64,000 bases of DNA from a virus: IMG/VR virus record IMGVR_UViG_3300047553_000733, positions 1-64,000 of that record. The stretch is one strand, 5' to 3'. The notes under the pieces are model-generated. The model did not search any database. It was not told the origin of the DNA and was given only the letters and a program-made list of their open reading frames with translations. Within the stretch, counting starts at the first letter, position 1. The number at the start of each line of letters is the position of its first letter. The position numbers and the translations under genes are program-made. This document shows, in pieces, positions 34,842 through 45,119 of this stretch.

Positions 34842-35472
34842 TTTTAAACAAACCAAAGGCAAAGCAATCAAAAATACAGTTGAAGCATACGAATACAAAG
34901 ACGGTGAAAACACAGTTCGTTTGATTGGCGGAGTCCTACCACGATACATCTATTGGCTGAAGGGTACTAATAACAAGGATATTCCTGTTGAGTGCCTGGC
35001 TTTTAGTCGTGAAAAAGAAAAGTTTGATAATTTAGAAAAAGATCACGTCCAGGAATTCTTTCCAGATGCAAAATGCAGCTGGAGCTATAGCGTCAATTGT
35101 ATTGACCCTAAGGACGGTAAAGTTAAGGCACTAAATCTTAAGAAGAAACTGTTTGAGCAAATTCTAACAGCCGCTGAAGATTTGGGCGATCCTACGGATT
35201 ACGATACAGGCTGGGACGTAGTATTTAAGCGTACTAAGACAGGCCCATTAGCTTTCAATGTAGAATATACATTGCAAGTTTTACGTTGTAAAACACGTTC
35301 ATTAACTCCTGAAGAAAGGGAATTGGCAGATAAAGCTCAACCTATTGATGAGAAATTTGTACGTCCAACACCAGAGGAGGTTTTAGCGCTTTTAACTAAG
35401 ATTACTACTAATACAGAAGAAAGCGATGCTGCTGATACTTCAGAGCAAGAAGCTGTAAAAGAATTAGGCTAA
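34831..35472 (+). CDS. D11: T5 D11-like ssDNA-binding protein
   Basis: VLPRYIYW, LKKKLFEQI, KTGPLAFNVEY, acidic tail. Confidence 0.9.
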   Translation: MALSFKQTKGKAIKNTVEAYEYKDGENTVRLIGGVLPRYIYWLKGTNNKDIPVECLAFSREKEKFDNLEKDHVQEFFPDAKCSWSYSVNCIDPKDGKVKALNLKKKLFEQILTAAEDLGDPTDYDTGWDVVFKRTKTGPLAFNVEYTLQVLRCKTRSLTPEERELADKAQPIDEKFVRPTPEEVLALLTKITTNTEESDAADTSEQEAVKELG

Positions 35473-35479
35473 AATTATA

Positions 35480-35515
35480 AAAGCCCGCTAAGTCTAAACA
35501 TTAGCGGGCTTTTTT
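35480..35515 (+). terminator. intrinsic terminator
   Basis: AAGCCCGCTAA...TTAGCGGGCTT followed by a T tract. Confidence 0.8.
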
Positions 35516-35533
35516 GTCTCGTAAAAGGAAAGC

Positions 35534-36493
35534 ATGAAAATTTTATTTACAGCAGATATACACATAAAACTGGGGCAGAAGAATGTTCCAGTGGAGTGGG
35601 CAAAAAATCGCTATGACTTATTGTGGAAAGAGTTTGAGCGTTGCCAAGAACAGGCAGATGTGTTTATTATAGGTGGTGATGTTTTTGACAAACTACCTAA
35701 TATGGAGGAATTAGAAGTATATTTTGATTTAATTAATCATTGTACTATTCCTACTATAATTTATAGTGGCAATCATGAAGCTATCAAGAAAAATACGACT
35801 TTCATGTCTAATCTTGCAAAAGCCACTAACAAAATGAATAAAAACGTAATAGTTATTGATGACTATTATAGCGACTACGGCATAGAGTTTGTTCCTTACA
35901 ACAAACTAAAAGACTTTGAGCAAGGTAACTATCCGTGGCCAGAGGGCGGCCAAATACTGTGTACTCATGTTCGTGGCGAGATCCCGCCACACGTTCAAGC
36001 AGAAGTAGATTTGAATATTTTTAAAGACTGGGACGTAGTTCTAGCAGGTGATCTTCACAGTTATGAAAACTCGCAACTTAATATTCTGTATCCAGGCAGT
36101 CCTGTTACCACTAGCTTTCATAGGCATCCCGTGGACACTGGAGTTATCTTGTTTGATAACGATACTATGGATCATACTTGGATCAAACTCAAAGTACCAC
36201 AACTTATCAGAAAAACAGTAGGTGTAAGTGACCCTAAACCGCCAACTGACTACGATCACACAATCTATCAGGTTGAAGGTGATATGCAAGAATTGGGTGG
36301 ATTAGAGGATAGCGAATTAATTGATCGCAAAGTATTAAAGCGAGAAACAGATACTGCGCTATTACTAGACAAAGATATGAGTCTAAATGAAGAAGTAAGC
36401 GAATATTTACGATACATACTTCAATTACCAGACGGCACTATTGAACAAGCATTACAGGAATTACAGAATTATGCAGATAAAATCGAACAGTGA
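35534..36493 (+). CDS. D12: SbcD/Mre11-like nuclease (T5 D12)
   Basis: ADIHIKLGQ, GGDVFD, GNHE, GDLH, YPGSP. Confidence 0.95.
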   Translation: MKILFTADIHIKLGQKNVPVEWAKNRYDLLWKEFERCQEQADVFIIGGDVFDKLPNMEELEVYFDLINHCTIPTIIYSGNHEAIKKNTTFMSNLAKATNKMNKNVIVIDDYYSDYGIEFVPYNKLKDFEQGNYPWPEGGQILCTHVRGEIPPHVQAEVDLNIFKDWDVVLAGDLHSYENSQLNILYPGSPVTTSFHRHPVDTGVILFDNDTMDHTWIKLKVPQLIRKTVGVSDPKPPTDYDHTIYQVEGDMQELGGLEDSELIDRKVLKRETDTALLLDKDMSLNEEVSEYLRYILQLPDGTIEQALQELQNYADKIEQ

Positions 36494-36719
36494 TACTCTT
36501 ATAGAGATATGGTCTCAACCTGACTGTGCTGGTTGTTTAAGTGCAAAAAGAATGCTACACTCTAAGAATATTCCTTATACTGAAAGAATGTTAGGAGTTG
36601 ATGCTACACTAGAAGATTTAATTATAAAGCTACCTGGTGCTAGAAGTGTTCCTCAAATATTTATAGATGGCCGACATTTAGGCGGTCTACCTGAACTAGC
36701 AAACTACCTAAACAAATGA
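36471..36719 (+). CDS. glutaredoxin
   Basis: CAGC, RSVPQIFIDG..GG. Confidence 0.85.
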   Translation: MQIKSNSDTLIEIWSQPDCAGCLSAKRMLHSKNIPYTERMLGVDATLEDLIIKLPGARSVPQIFIDGRHLGGLPELANYLNK

Positions 36720-38512
36720 TAACTATTAAAGAATTACGTTGGAGTAATGCCTTTAGTTATGGTCAAAATAATCGTGTAAACTTTATTACAGCACCGCTAA
36801 CACAGTTAGTTGGTAAAAATGGTCATGGCAAAAGCAGTATAGCCCTAATCCTAGAAGAAGTGCTATTTAACAAAAATAGCAAGGGCATTAAAAAAGCGGA
36901 TATTCTTAATCGCTATATAAAAGATAAGACATACACTATTGAGCTTGACTTAGAAAAAGACGGCATACAGTATACAATTAAGAGCAGTCGTGGCACACAA
37001 CAAACAGTTAAGCTGCTAAAAGATGGTCAAGATATTAGTGGTCATACGGCCACCACAACCTATAAAATGATAGAAGATATTATAGGTATTGATCACAAGG
37101 GATTCTCACAAATTGTATATCAAAGCAATGCCAGTAGTCTAGAATTTTTAACAGCTGCAGACACTGCCCGTAAAAAGTTCTTAATTGAAATATTAAATTT
37201 AACTAAGTATACACGTGCAGCTGAAGTTTTTAAGGAAGTTGCTGGAGATTTAAGCAAAGATATAAGCTCAGTACAAGGTCAAGTTAACACTGTAAAAGCC
37301 TGGTTAGATAAGTACGAAAAGATAGACTTAACCCCAAAGCCACTAATAGAAGTACCAGTTCTAGAAGAAGAATTGGTACAGCGCGCAGCGGAACTAGAGT
37401 CTAGTCTTAAAAGTATTGATAGTACAAACAAAAAGATTGGACAAAATAATACTTATAAAAAGCTACAGGGCGATATACAATTAGTGCCAATTCCTGAAAT
37501 GCCAACTGAATCTATTGAGCCAGTACAGGCAGAAAAAGTAAGACTAGACAAAACAATTCAGGATGCAAATACTTTTGTTAAAAAGATGCAAGTATTGAAT
37601 GGTACTTGTCCAACTTGTTTATCACAGATTGATGAGTCTAAAGTAGCTGATATGATTAGCGAAAAGACTACAGAAATTGATACTGCAAAAGCTAGAGTAA
37701 GCGAACTATCTGCAGTAATAAAAGACTTGCAACAAGCGCAAAAAGATTGGGAAAATGCTCAGAAATCACAAGATTCTTGGGAAAAATACCATCAGTTAAT
37801 AGATTTGACACTGCCAGATGAATTGTTGAATAAAGACGAACTACAGCAGCAGTTAACTGGTCTACAGAGTAGTATTCAACAGACTAAGCAACGAATCAAA
37901 GATGCAGAGGCTCATAACAATAGTGCTAACACGCATAATGCAAAAGTAGATACTATTGGCAAGCAGTTAGTAGAAATGACTGAAGAGCTAGAAACCTATA
38001 GTGAATCACTACATAAACTTAGTGAAAGAATGTCTATAGTAAATATTCTTACTAAAACTTTTAGTACTACAGGTCTGGTTGCTTATAAAATAGAGTGTTT
38101 AGTAAAAGACTTAGAAGCAATTACTAATCATTATCTTGTTGATCTAAGTGATGGCAGGTTTCAGATAAGTTTCAAGGTTAATAGCAGTGATAAACTAAAT
38201 GTAGTTATTACTGATAATGGCAAAGACATTGAAATGGCCGCACTAAGCGGTGGCGAAAAAGCACGTGTTAATGTCGCCACACTACTAGCAATACGTAAAT
38301 TAATGCAAACACTTAGCAGTAGTAGAATTAATTTGCTTATTTTAGATGAAACAGTTGAAGCGCTTGATGTAGATGGCAAAGAAAAACTAGTAGAAGTTTT
38401 GCTAAAAGAAGAACATCTTAACACATTTTTAGTATCACATGGATTTACACATCCATTGCTAGAAAAAGTAAATGTTGTAAAGCGTGGAAATATCTCTAGT
38501 ATAGAGGCATAA
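36716..38512 (+). CDS. D13: SbcC/Rad50-like ATPase (T5 D13)
   Basis: GKNGHGKS, CPTC hook, LSGGE, ILDE. Confidence 0.95.
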   Translation: MITIKELRWSNAFSYGQNNRVNFITAPLTQLVGKNGHGKSSIALILEEVLFNKNSKGIKKADILNRYIKDKTYTIELDLEKDGIQYTIKSSRGTQQTVKLLKDGQDISGHTATTTYKMIEDIIGIDHKGFSQIVYQSNASSLEFLTAADTARKKFLIEILNLTKYTRAAEVFKEVAGDLSKDISSVQGQVNTVKAWLDKYEKIDLTPKPLIEVPVLEEELVQRAAELESSLKSIDSTNKKIGQNNTYKKLQGDIQLVPIPEMPTESIEPVQAEKVRLDKTIQDANTFVKKMQVLNGTCPTCLSQIDESKVADMISEKTTEIDTAKARVSELSAVIKDLQQAQKDWENAQKSQDSWEKYHQLIDLTLPDELLNKDELQQQLTGLQSSIQQTKQRIKDAEAHNNSANTHNAKVDTIGKQLVEMTEELETYSESLHKLSERMSIVNILTKTFSTTGLVAYKIECLVKDLEAITNHYLVDLSDGRFQISFKVNSSDKLNVVITDNGKDIEMAALSGGEKARVNVATLLAIRKLMQTLSSSRINLLILDETVEALDVDGKEKLVEVLLKEEHLNTFLVSHGFTHPLLEKVNVVKRGNISSIEA

Positions 38513-38513
38513 T

Positions 38514-38867
38514 ATGATTAAAATAGAACAATTAAAAGATGGTGCTAAAGCCACTTACATTCGTGACGGTAAGCGCAGAGAAGTATACTTACATCACCTA
38601 ATTACACATGACGAACTGGCAACTCTCGAAGTTACAGCAGGTACAGTTGTGTACAGTGTAGACGAAATGGAAATCTGTGAACGGAGTGCACTTAGGCACA
38701 GTAATAACGAAACCAAGATTACCGAAGCCACAGCAACCACTGAACCCACATATGGCGAATCGGTGGCCCCTACCGCACCGCCTGAGCGAAAGCTAACAGC
38801 TAAAGAAAAAGCAAAAGCTTTAAAACTAGCCGCTGAGCAGGCCCAAAACTCAGAACAAGCCGATTAA
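38514..38867 (+). CDS. hypothetical protein
   Basis: Operon ORF. Confidence 0.65.
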   Translation: MIKIEQLKDGAKATYIRDGKRREVYLHHLITHDELATLEVTAGTVVYSVDEMEICERSALRHSNNETKITEATATTEPTYGESVAPTAPPERKLTAKEKAKALKLAAEQAQNSEQAD

Positions 38868-39319
38868 TGGTAGATAGCAGAGCAAAAGGTGCTCGCACAG
38901 AAACAGTTGCTAGAGATATGTTGCGTAAACATACCAAGCTAAGTTGGGAAAGAGTGCCAGGAAGTGGTGCTCTTGACCCTAAACATCAGCTAAAGGGCGA
39001 CTTGTACGTGCCTGGCATGACAAACTTATTTGCTGTAGAAGTAAAGGGTTATGCCGAGGATCACCTAACATCCCAAGTATTAACAGCAAAAAACCCACAA
39101 CTTATTGAGTTTTGGAAACAGACATATAGACAAGCCTGTCAAGTAAATAAACATCCACTGCTAATCTTTAAATTTGACAGATCTAAGTTATTTGTTGCGT
39201 TTGAAGATTTACCTACTAGTAATTATAGATTTTTGTGTGTAAGTTGTGATGGGCATGAATTTTTTGTGGCGCTACTCGAAGATTGGCTTGAACACGAGAA
39301 AACACAATTTGTGTCTTGA
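38867..39319 (+). CDS. D14: Holliday-junction resolvase-like nuclease (T5 D14)
   Basis: DSRAKGAR, RVPGSGA, KGD, EVK. Confidence 0.9.
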   Translation: MVDSRAKGARTETVARDMLRKHTKLSWERVPGSGALDPKHQLKGDLYVPGMTNLFAVEVKGYAEDHLTSQVLTAKNPQLIEFWKQTYRQACQVNKHPLLIFKFDRSKLFVAFEDLPTSNYRFLCVSCDGHEFFVALLEDWLEHEKTQFVS

Positions 39320-39357
39320 TTTTCTTAACTACTTGTAGTATAATAAAAGATTAAACA

Positions 39358-40206
39358 ATGTCAAAAACTTTTCAAACAATGCAACAAACAGAAAATACAC
39401 TACTAGTGGTTGATGCTTTAAACTTGGCTTTCCGATACAAACACAGCGGAGCAACTGACTTTGCAGAGGACTACCTGCGTACTGTGCAAAGTCTTAAAAA
39501 ATCATATAAAGCTAGTAAGGTTATAATTGCCTGCGATCAAGGCAGTAGTCAGTATCGCAAAGAAATATATCCTGAATACAAACAAAATCGTAAAGATAAA
39601 TTTGCTGAACAAACTGAGGCCGAAAAAGCACAGTTTGAAATTTTCTTTGAAGATTTTACAAAAACGCTAGAACATATTGAACAAAATACCGATTATCCTG
39701 TTATAAAGTTTCAAGGCGTAGAGGCTGACGATATTGCTGCGTATATTGTAAACAATAAACAAAACTTGCAAGTAGATAATATTTGGCTAATTAGTAGTGA
39801 CAAGGATTGGGATTTATTAATTCAACCAAATGTCAGTAGATTTAGCTATGTTACACGCAAAGAAACTACAGTAGATAATTGGAGCACACACTATGACTTT
39901 AGTCCTGAGGACTACATTAGTATTAAGTGTCTTACAGGCGATTCTGGTGACAATGTCATTGGTGTGCCTGGTATTGGGCCTAAACGTGCTCAGCAGTTGG
40001 TTGCTGAGTATGGTAGTACTTACGACATTATTGCTAGCATTCCTATTGCTAGTCGATACAAATATGTTCAAGCACTCAATGAATCAAAAGAGCAACTCTT
40101 GCTCAACTATAAATTAATGGATTTAGTTACCTATGCACATGAAGCACTGGGTAGCGATAATTGTAAACAAATAGACGAAATATTGGAAATTTATGTCAAC
40201 GATTGA
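39358..40206 (+). CDS. D15: flap endonuclease / 5'-3' exonuclease (T5 D15)
   Basis: VDALNLAFR, YKQNR, EADD, SSDKD, GDSGDNVIGVPGIG. Confidence 0.95.
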   Translation: MSKTFQTMQQTENTLLVVDALNLAFRYKHSGATDFAEDYLRTVQSLKKSYKASKVIIACDQGSSQYRKEIYPEYKQNRKDKFAEQTEAEKAQFEIFFEDFTKTLEHIEQNTDYPVIKFQGVEADDIAAYIVNNKQNLQVDNIWLISSDKDWDLLIQPNVSRFSYVTRKETTVDNWSTHYDFSPEDYISIKCLTGDSGDNVIGVPGIGPKRAQQLVAEYGSTYDIIASIPIASRYKYVQALNESKEQLLLNYKLMDLVTYAHEALGSDNCKQIDEILEIYVND

Positions 40207-40690
40207 TACTGGTACTTATACTATTGCTACCTCAAATCTTAATAATTTTACATTTGGCCCATGTATTAGCTGCTTGGTTAGCCCAGGTGCTAAACTGCCA
40301 CAACGAGCACACAGCACTGACGCAGGTGCAGACTTATTTGCTTGGTTTGAAGGCAACACACAGGAATATGAAATTTTTCCTGGTGAACAAAAAATGATTG
40401 ATACTGGTATAGCAGTAAAAATTCCTAGAGGCTATGCTGGATTTGTATATAATAGATCGAGTCAAGGTAAAAAGGGAATTCAAATCCCTCACAGTGTAGG
40501 CATTATTGATAGTGACTATCGTGGAACTATTAAGGTAATTTTGAAAAATTTGGGTGAAGACCCTTACAAAATTACACTAGGCGATAGAATTGCACAACTG
40601 GTAATCCAAAAAGTAGAACTAGTAACATTTACTGATATTTGGAATGACACACAACGAGGTACTGGCGGTTTCGGCAGTACAGGAACTTAA
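40193..40690 (+). CDS. dut: dUTPase
   Basis: DAGADL, RSS, GIIDSDYRG, RIAQL, RGTGGFGSTG. Confidence 0.95.
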   Translation: MSTIDTGTYTIATSNLNNFTFGPCISCLVSPGAKLPQRAHSTDAGADLFAWFEGNTQEYEIFPGEQKMIDTGIAVKIPRGYAGFVYNRSSQGKKGIQIPHSVGIIDSDYRGTIKVILKNLGEDPYKITLGDRIAQLVIQKVELVTFTDIWNDTQRGTGGFGSTGT

Positions 40691-40702
40691 TTAAAGGATA
40701 AT

Positions 40703-42667
40703 ATGGCAGTTTCTACAAGAGCACAAGTCATCACACGTCGAACATATAACAGACCAGTTTCAGACGACGGTAAACAATTTGAAACCTGGCAAGAAACTGT
40801 TGCCCGAGTTATTGATCATCAGCAGTGGTTGTGGGAACGAGCAGTAGGCCGTGACCTAAATGACAGCGAATATGGCGAACTGTACGATCTAGAGCAGCTC
40901 ATGCTAGACAGAAAAGTTAGCATGAGTGGCAGAACACTGTGGCTGGGCGGTACAGATGTAGCTAAGCATCGTGAAGCTAGCCAATTTAATTGTAGCTTTA
41001 CTGAAGTCGAAACAGTATATGATGTTGTCGACGTGTTATGGCTATTGCTGCAAGGTTGCGGAGTAGGATTTAAGCCAGTAGTTGGTACATTAAATGGCTT
41101 TTCAAAACCAATCAAAAATATAAAAGTAGTTCGTAGTACACGAACTGCAAAGGGCGGCAATGAAGAAAATGTGGAATATTGGGAGCCTGATACCAAGATT
41201 TGGACAATCCAGGTCGGAGATAGTGCAGAGGCTTGGGCAAAGTCTGTGGGCAAGTTGCTTGCGGGTAAGTATCCTGCTGATACTCTGGTACTTGATTTTT
41301 CACAGCTTAGACCTGCTGGGGAAAGGTTAAAGGGCTATGGATGGATTAGTAGCGGCGATGAGGCGATTAGTGTGGCTTATACTGCTATTGCCACCATTCT
41401 TAATGGCAGGGCTGATAGTCTCCTCACACGGATGGACATTCTGGATATTGTTAATCATCTTGGGACAATTCTTAGCAGCCGCAGAAGTGCTGAAATAGCA
41501 CTTTTTGATTACGGGCAACCAGAGTGGGAAGAGTTTGCAGTAGCTAAAAAAGACTGGTGGTTATATAATAATAGTCATCGTCAACAAAGTAATAATAGTC
41601 TAGTTTTCCAAGAAAAACCTACTAAGGGCGACTTAGAAAAGATTTTTAACTTGATGTTAGAGGCGGGCGGTAGTGAGCCGGGCTTTATCAATGCAGTAGA
41701 AGCCCGTCGTCGTGCACCTTGGTATAAAGGCGCTAATCCTTGTGTAGAAATTCTACTCGGAAATAAATCGTTCTGCAATCTTACCGAAACTGATATTGCT
41801 AAGTTTAGGGGCGATACAGCTGGATTACATGAGGCAATCAGACTTGCAGCTCGTGCTAACTATCGTCAAACTTGTGTTAACCTAAAGGATGGTATTCTAC
41901 AAGAAGCGTGGCACTTAAACAACTACTTTTTGCGTTTGTGCGGAGTGGGGTTGACGGGTATTGCTAAGCGTCCTGATATGACTGGATATGATTACGAATA
42001 TCTTAAGCGTACAGCTACCGCAGCGGCAGTTGGTATGGCACAAGAACTTGGGCTACCAAGTCCCAAGAATATTACTTGTGTAAAACCTAGCGGCACATTG
42101 AGTAAAATCATGGATACAACTGAAGGCGTGCACAAGCCGCTTGGCAAGTATATATTCAACAACGTACAATTTAGCAGATTTGACCCAATCGTAGAAGTTG
42201 TTCGTGAAGCAGGTTATAAAGTTATTAATCATCCAACAGACCCTAGTGGCGTATTGATTACTTTTCCAGTTGAGTGGGCAGATGTACCATTCCATAAGGT
42301 TGCTGGTAAAGAAGTTAACTTAGACAGTGCAATCGAACAGCTAGAGAAGTACAAACTTATTCAAACCAGTTGGACTCAGCAAAATACTAGCGTAACTATT
42401 AGTTATGATCCTAGCGAAGTGCCACAAATTATTGACTGGCTATTAGACAACTGGGATTGTTATGTCGGCGTTAGTTTTATTTACAGAACTGATCCTACTA
42501 AAACAGCCAAAGACTTAGGGTATCTATATCTGCCACAAGAAGTTGTTGATGAGCAAACATATAGAGAGTATGTACAAAACTTACGCCCAGTAGATCTTGA
42601 AATGGCAAATAGCTTTGACGAGATTATGGGTGAAGACTGTGCAACAGGAGCTTGTCCAATAAAATGA
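40703..42667 (+). CDS. nrdJ: class II (adenosylcobalamin) ribonucleotide reductase
   Basis: RRTYNRP, GRTLW, FNC, RRSAEI, NPCVEI, TCVKPSGT, C-terminal CATGACP; no R2 gene nearby. Confidence 0.9.
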   Translation: MAVSTRAQVITRRTYNRPVSDDGKQFETWQETVARVIDHQQWLWERAVGRDLNDSEYGELYDLEQLMLDRKVSMSGRTLWLGGTDVAKHREASQFNCSFTEVETVYDVVDVLWLLLQGCGVGFKPVVGTLNGFSKPIKNIKVVRSTRTAKGGNEENVEYWEPDTKIWTIQVGDSAEAWAKSVGKLLAGKYPADTLVLDFSQLRPAGERLKGYGWISSGDEAISVAYTAIATILNGRADSLLTRMDILDIVNHLGTILSSRRSAEIALFDYGQPEWEEFAVAKKDWWLYNNSHRQQSNNSLVFQEKPTKGDLEKIFNLMLEAGGSEPGFINAVEARRRAPWYKGANPCVEILLGNKSFCNLTETDIAKFRGDTAGLHEAIRLAARANYRQTCVNLKDGILQEAWHLNNYFLRLCGVGLTGIAKRPDMTGYDYEYLKRTATAAAVGMAQELGLPSPKNITCVKPSGTLSKIMDTTEGVHKPLGKYIFNNVQFSRFDPIVEVVREAGYKVINHPTDPSGVLITFPVEWADVPFHKVAGKEVNLDSAIEQLEKYKLIQTSWTQQNTSVTISYDPSEVPQIIDWLLDNWDCYVGVSFIYRTDPTKTAKDLGYLYLPQEVVDEQTYREYVQNLRPVDLEMANSFDEIMGEDCATGACPIK

Positions 42668-42837
42668 CACAAGAAGATCCAAAACAGAAAGTACTTAAAC
42701 TTGAGTTAAATGTTGAGGAAATTAATACTGTACTAAGTGGGCTACAAGAATTACCTGCAAAAGTATGTAATCCATTAACTAACAAAATAGTTAAACAAGC
42801 ACAACAACAGCTTCCACAAGAAGAAGTAGACAAATAA
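42664..42837 (+). CDS. hypothetical protein
   Basis: Last ORF of the early operon. Confidence 0.6.
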   Translation: MTQEDPKQKVLKLELNVEEINTVLSGLQELPAKVCNPLTNKIVKQAQQQLPQEEVDK

Positions 42838-42872
42838 AAAAGCCCCGATAACGCAAGTTATCGGGGCTTTTT
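42836..42872. terminator. bidirectional terminator between early and late units
   Basis: AAAAAAGCCCCGATAAC-GCAA-GTTATCGGGGCTTTTTT. Confidence 0.9.
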
Positions 42873-43511
42873 TCATACTGGTGTATCTAAATTACTATCT
42901 TCTTCATCCACAGTATCGCTACTGCCTTCTTCACTAATGTCTAGTTCGCTGAACACAGTAATTAATATATCTCTATACTCGGGATCTACCATATGTAGAT
43001 CTAGTAAATATACATCTAAGTGACCATTTCGTAGCAGCTGTGCATGGTACATAAACTGTCCAAATGCATCGTCTGACTCTGGAATACTTTGATTGGCATA
43101 GTCTTCTAGCATTTGAGCAGCAGCTTGTAGTAACATATCTGGTACAATACTTTTAGTAATTTGTACTAGTTTTAAGGCCTTACCTTCACGCTCACGCATA
43201 ATTTGATTACGTTTTGCACTGCTCCAACTATAACCACCATCTCCGCCCCATAAGTCCCAGGCTACACGACCTTTACTTGGAAAACCCTCTTCTCCACTGT
43301 TAAAGCCAGTTGCACGCTTATCTACTTCATGGCGACTGAAAAAACTATACATTCTGAGTACAGTTGATACCGTTAGTGGATCACGATCTTTTAGCTGATT
43401 TGCTCTGGCTAAGCCAACAAGTGTGCCGCCAGGTTTGCCTTCGTCTTTCCATTTTAGTGCTCGTTTAGCAGCACTGGCCATGCCACTTGTTGGTTTATAT
43501 GTCTTAGCCAT
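42873..43511 (-). CDS. phage hypothetical protein
   Basis: ARANQL, RMYSFFSRHEVDK, GRVAWDLWGGD. Confidence 0.75.
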   Translation of the reverse strand: MAKTYKPTSGMASAAKRALKWKDEGKPGGTLVGLARANQLKDRDPLTVSTVLRMYSFFSRHEVDKRATGFNSGEEGFPSKGRVAWDLWGGDGGYSWSSAKRNQIMREREGKALKLVQITKSIVPDMLLQAAAQMLEDYANQSIPESDDAFGQFMYHAQLLRNGHLDVYLLDLHMVDPEYRDILITVFSELDISEEGSSDTVDEEDSNLDTPV

Positions 43512-43519
43512 TTTATCTC

Positions 43520-44200
43520 CTAATTTCTATATGCTAAAATAATTTCTTTGCATAGCTTGCTGCGAACAATATCTTCGTCAACAAATCTAACAATATCTAC
43601 CCCTTGTATAGACCCTAATCTATTAACGGCATCTGTTAAACCGCTGTTGGGTATATCACACTGATCTGTATCACCACTGATAATCATTTTGCAATTTTTG
43701 CCAATGCGTGATAAAATCATTTTCATCTCTTCTCGTGTAGCATTTTGTGCTTCGTCTAGCAAAACTACGCAATTATCAAAAGTAGTGCCGCGCATAAACC
43801 CTAGTGGTTTAGGCTCTATGTTTTTGTTTTTAAGTGCATACTCGTAAAAACCTTTGCCAAGACTTTTCGTAAAAATATTGTCAAAAGGTTCTAAATACGG
43901 AGCATACTTTTCCTCAAGTGTACCAGGTAAAAATCCTAAACCACGACCTGTTTCTATATTTGGCCTAGTTAGTATAATCTTCTGTATGCGTCTGTGAAAT
44001 AATTCACTTGCTGCATAAAGTGCTGCTATATATGTTTTACCGGTACCTGCACTACCTACACCAAATATTATTTGATTTTCATGTATTGCACGTAAATATT
44101 CGTGCTGAATATAGTTTAAAGGCTTTACTTCTTGAAATCCATATTCAACTGGATTATCTGGTGTATTATTTACTCGTCTTGCTTTTTTACCACTAGCCAT
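43520..44200 (-). CDS. phoH: PhoH-family ATPase
   Basis: GSAGTGKT, GFLPG, MRGTTF, DEAQN, DIVRS. Confidence 0.95.
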   Translation of the reverse strand: MASGKKARRVNNTPDNPVEYGFQEVKPLNYIQHEYLRAIHENQIIFGVGSAGTGKTYIAALYAASELFHRRIQKIILTRPNIETGRGLGFLPGTLEEKYAPYLEPFDNIFTKSLGKGFYEYALKNKNIEPKPLGFMRGTTFDNCVVLLDEAQNATREEMKMILSRIGKNCKMIISGDTDQCDIPNSGLTDAVNRLGSIQGVDIVRFVDEDIVRSKLCKEIILAYRN

Positions 44201-44279
44201 AGAGTTCCTCAAAGGATTAATGAAAAGTGGTCTGCTAAGCTATATTATAGCAGACCACCCAGCGTGTGTCAACTATAAA

Positions 44280-44522
44280 TTATTTTTTGGCTGGTTCTTT
44301 TTTAGCATCTTCTACTTTAGTACCTTCAAGCTTTTTATGTTGCTTGACTTCTTTGCAGTCTTGTTGAGGCTTACCGTCTTTACCTAACACTGGCTTACCG
44401 TCCTTGATTTTATCAATGCAGACTTTTTTAGTTTCTGGTGCACTTGCAGGTTTTGCAGGTTCTGCCGCTGTTGCTGCTGTTACCATACCAAAACACAATA
44501 AAATTGTGGTTAATAGTTTCAT
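44280..44522 (-). CDS. small secreted protein
   Basis: Signal peptide, one Cys pair. Confidence 0.7.
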   Translation of the reverse strand: MKLLTTILLCFGMVTAATAAEPAKPASAPETKKVCIDKIKDGKPVLGKDGKPQQDCKEVKQHKKLEGTKVEDAKKEPAKK

Positions 44523-44531
44523 AAGTATCCT

Positions 44532-44987
44532 TTAAATTTCAGGAAAATATTGTTGTGGAGCCGGTTTTCCACCAAAACCTGTAGAAACCTGTGGTTGCAT
44601 GCTTCTAGGTTCTTGATAAGCCATCGGCTGAGGCTGTTGATATTGTACTTGTTGAGTTGTAGTTGTAATTGTAGCTGGTTGTGGAGTATTGGCTACACCA
44701 GCCATTTTTTCTTGTCCACGGCTCCAAGCAGTAATACCTAATACTGCACCCATTGCCATATGGAATAATCCACCACCTTGCAGTGTTAATGGTGCCCATT
44801 GACGAAATGCATCATTTTGTACTGCTGTTTCCCAAAATTGTACGATGGTAAACATTATAGGAAAAAGAATAAAATCACTGGCACATACGCACATGTACAT
44901 AACTGCCATCATTGGACGCCACTTCTTCTGAATCCAACTTTCTTCTTCTTTGGTTGGTTTATTATCGTCTTTTGTTTCTTCTGCCAT
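44532..44987 (-). CDS. putative holin (GTA/3TM-holin-like)
   Basis: WIQKKWRPMM, TM segments, GAVLGITAWSRGQEK. Confidence 0.7.
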   Translation of the reverse strand: MAEETKDDNKPTKEEESWIQKKWRPMMAVMYMCVCASDFILFPIMFTIVQFWETAVQNDAFRQWAPLTLQGGGLFHMAMGAVLGITAWSRGQEKMAGVANTPQPATITTTTQQVQYQQPQPMAYQEPRSMQPQVSTGFGGKPAPQQYFPEI

Positions 44988-45109
44988 TAGACATCCTTTT
45001 TACTAAATAGTCCTAGTGCTTTAGCTTTTATATTCTTTGCCCACTGTGGTTCTGGGAAGTGCCAACCAATAAGTGCACCTACTGCTAACCAAAAAATTGC
45101 TTCAATCAT
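44987..45109 (-). CDS. small single-TM protein
   Basis: MIEAIFWLAVGALIGWHFPEPQWAK translated by hand. Confidence 0.6.
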   Translation of the reverse strand: MIEAIFWLAVGALIGWHFPEPQWAKNIKAKALGLFSKKDV

Positions 45110-45119
45110 TTTAATTTCC

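Noticed and set aside
30314-42667. Introns, inteins or homing endonucleases in pol, helicase or RNR
   Set aside because: ORFs are continuous with expected lengths; no insertion motifs seen.
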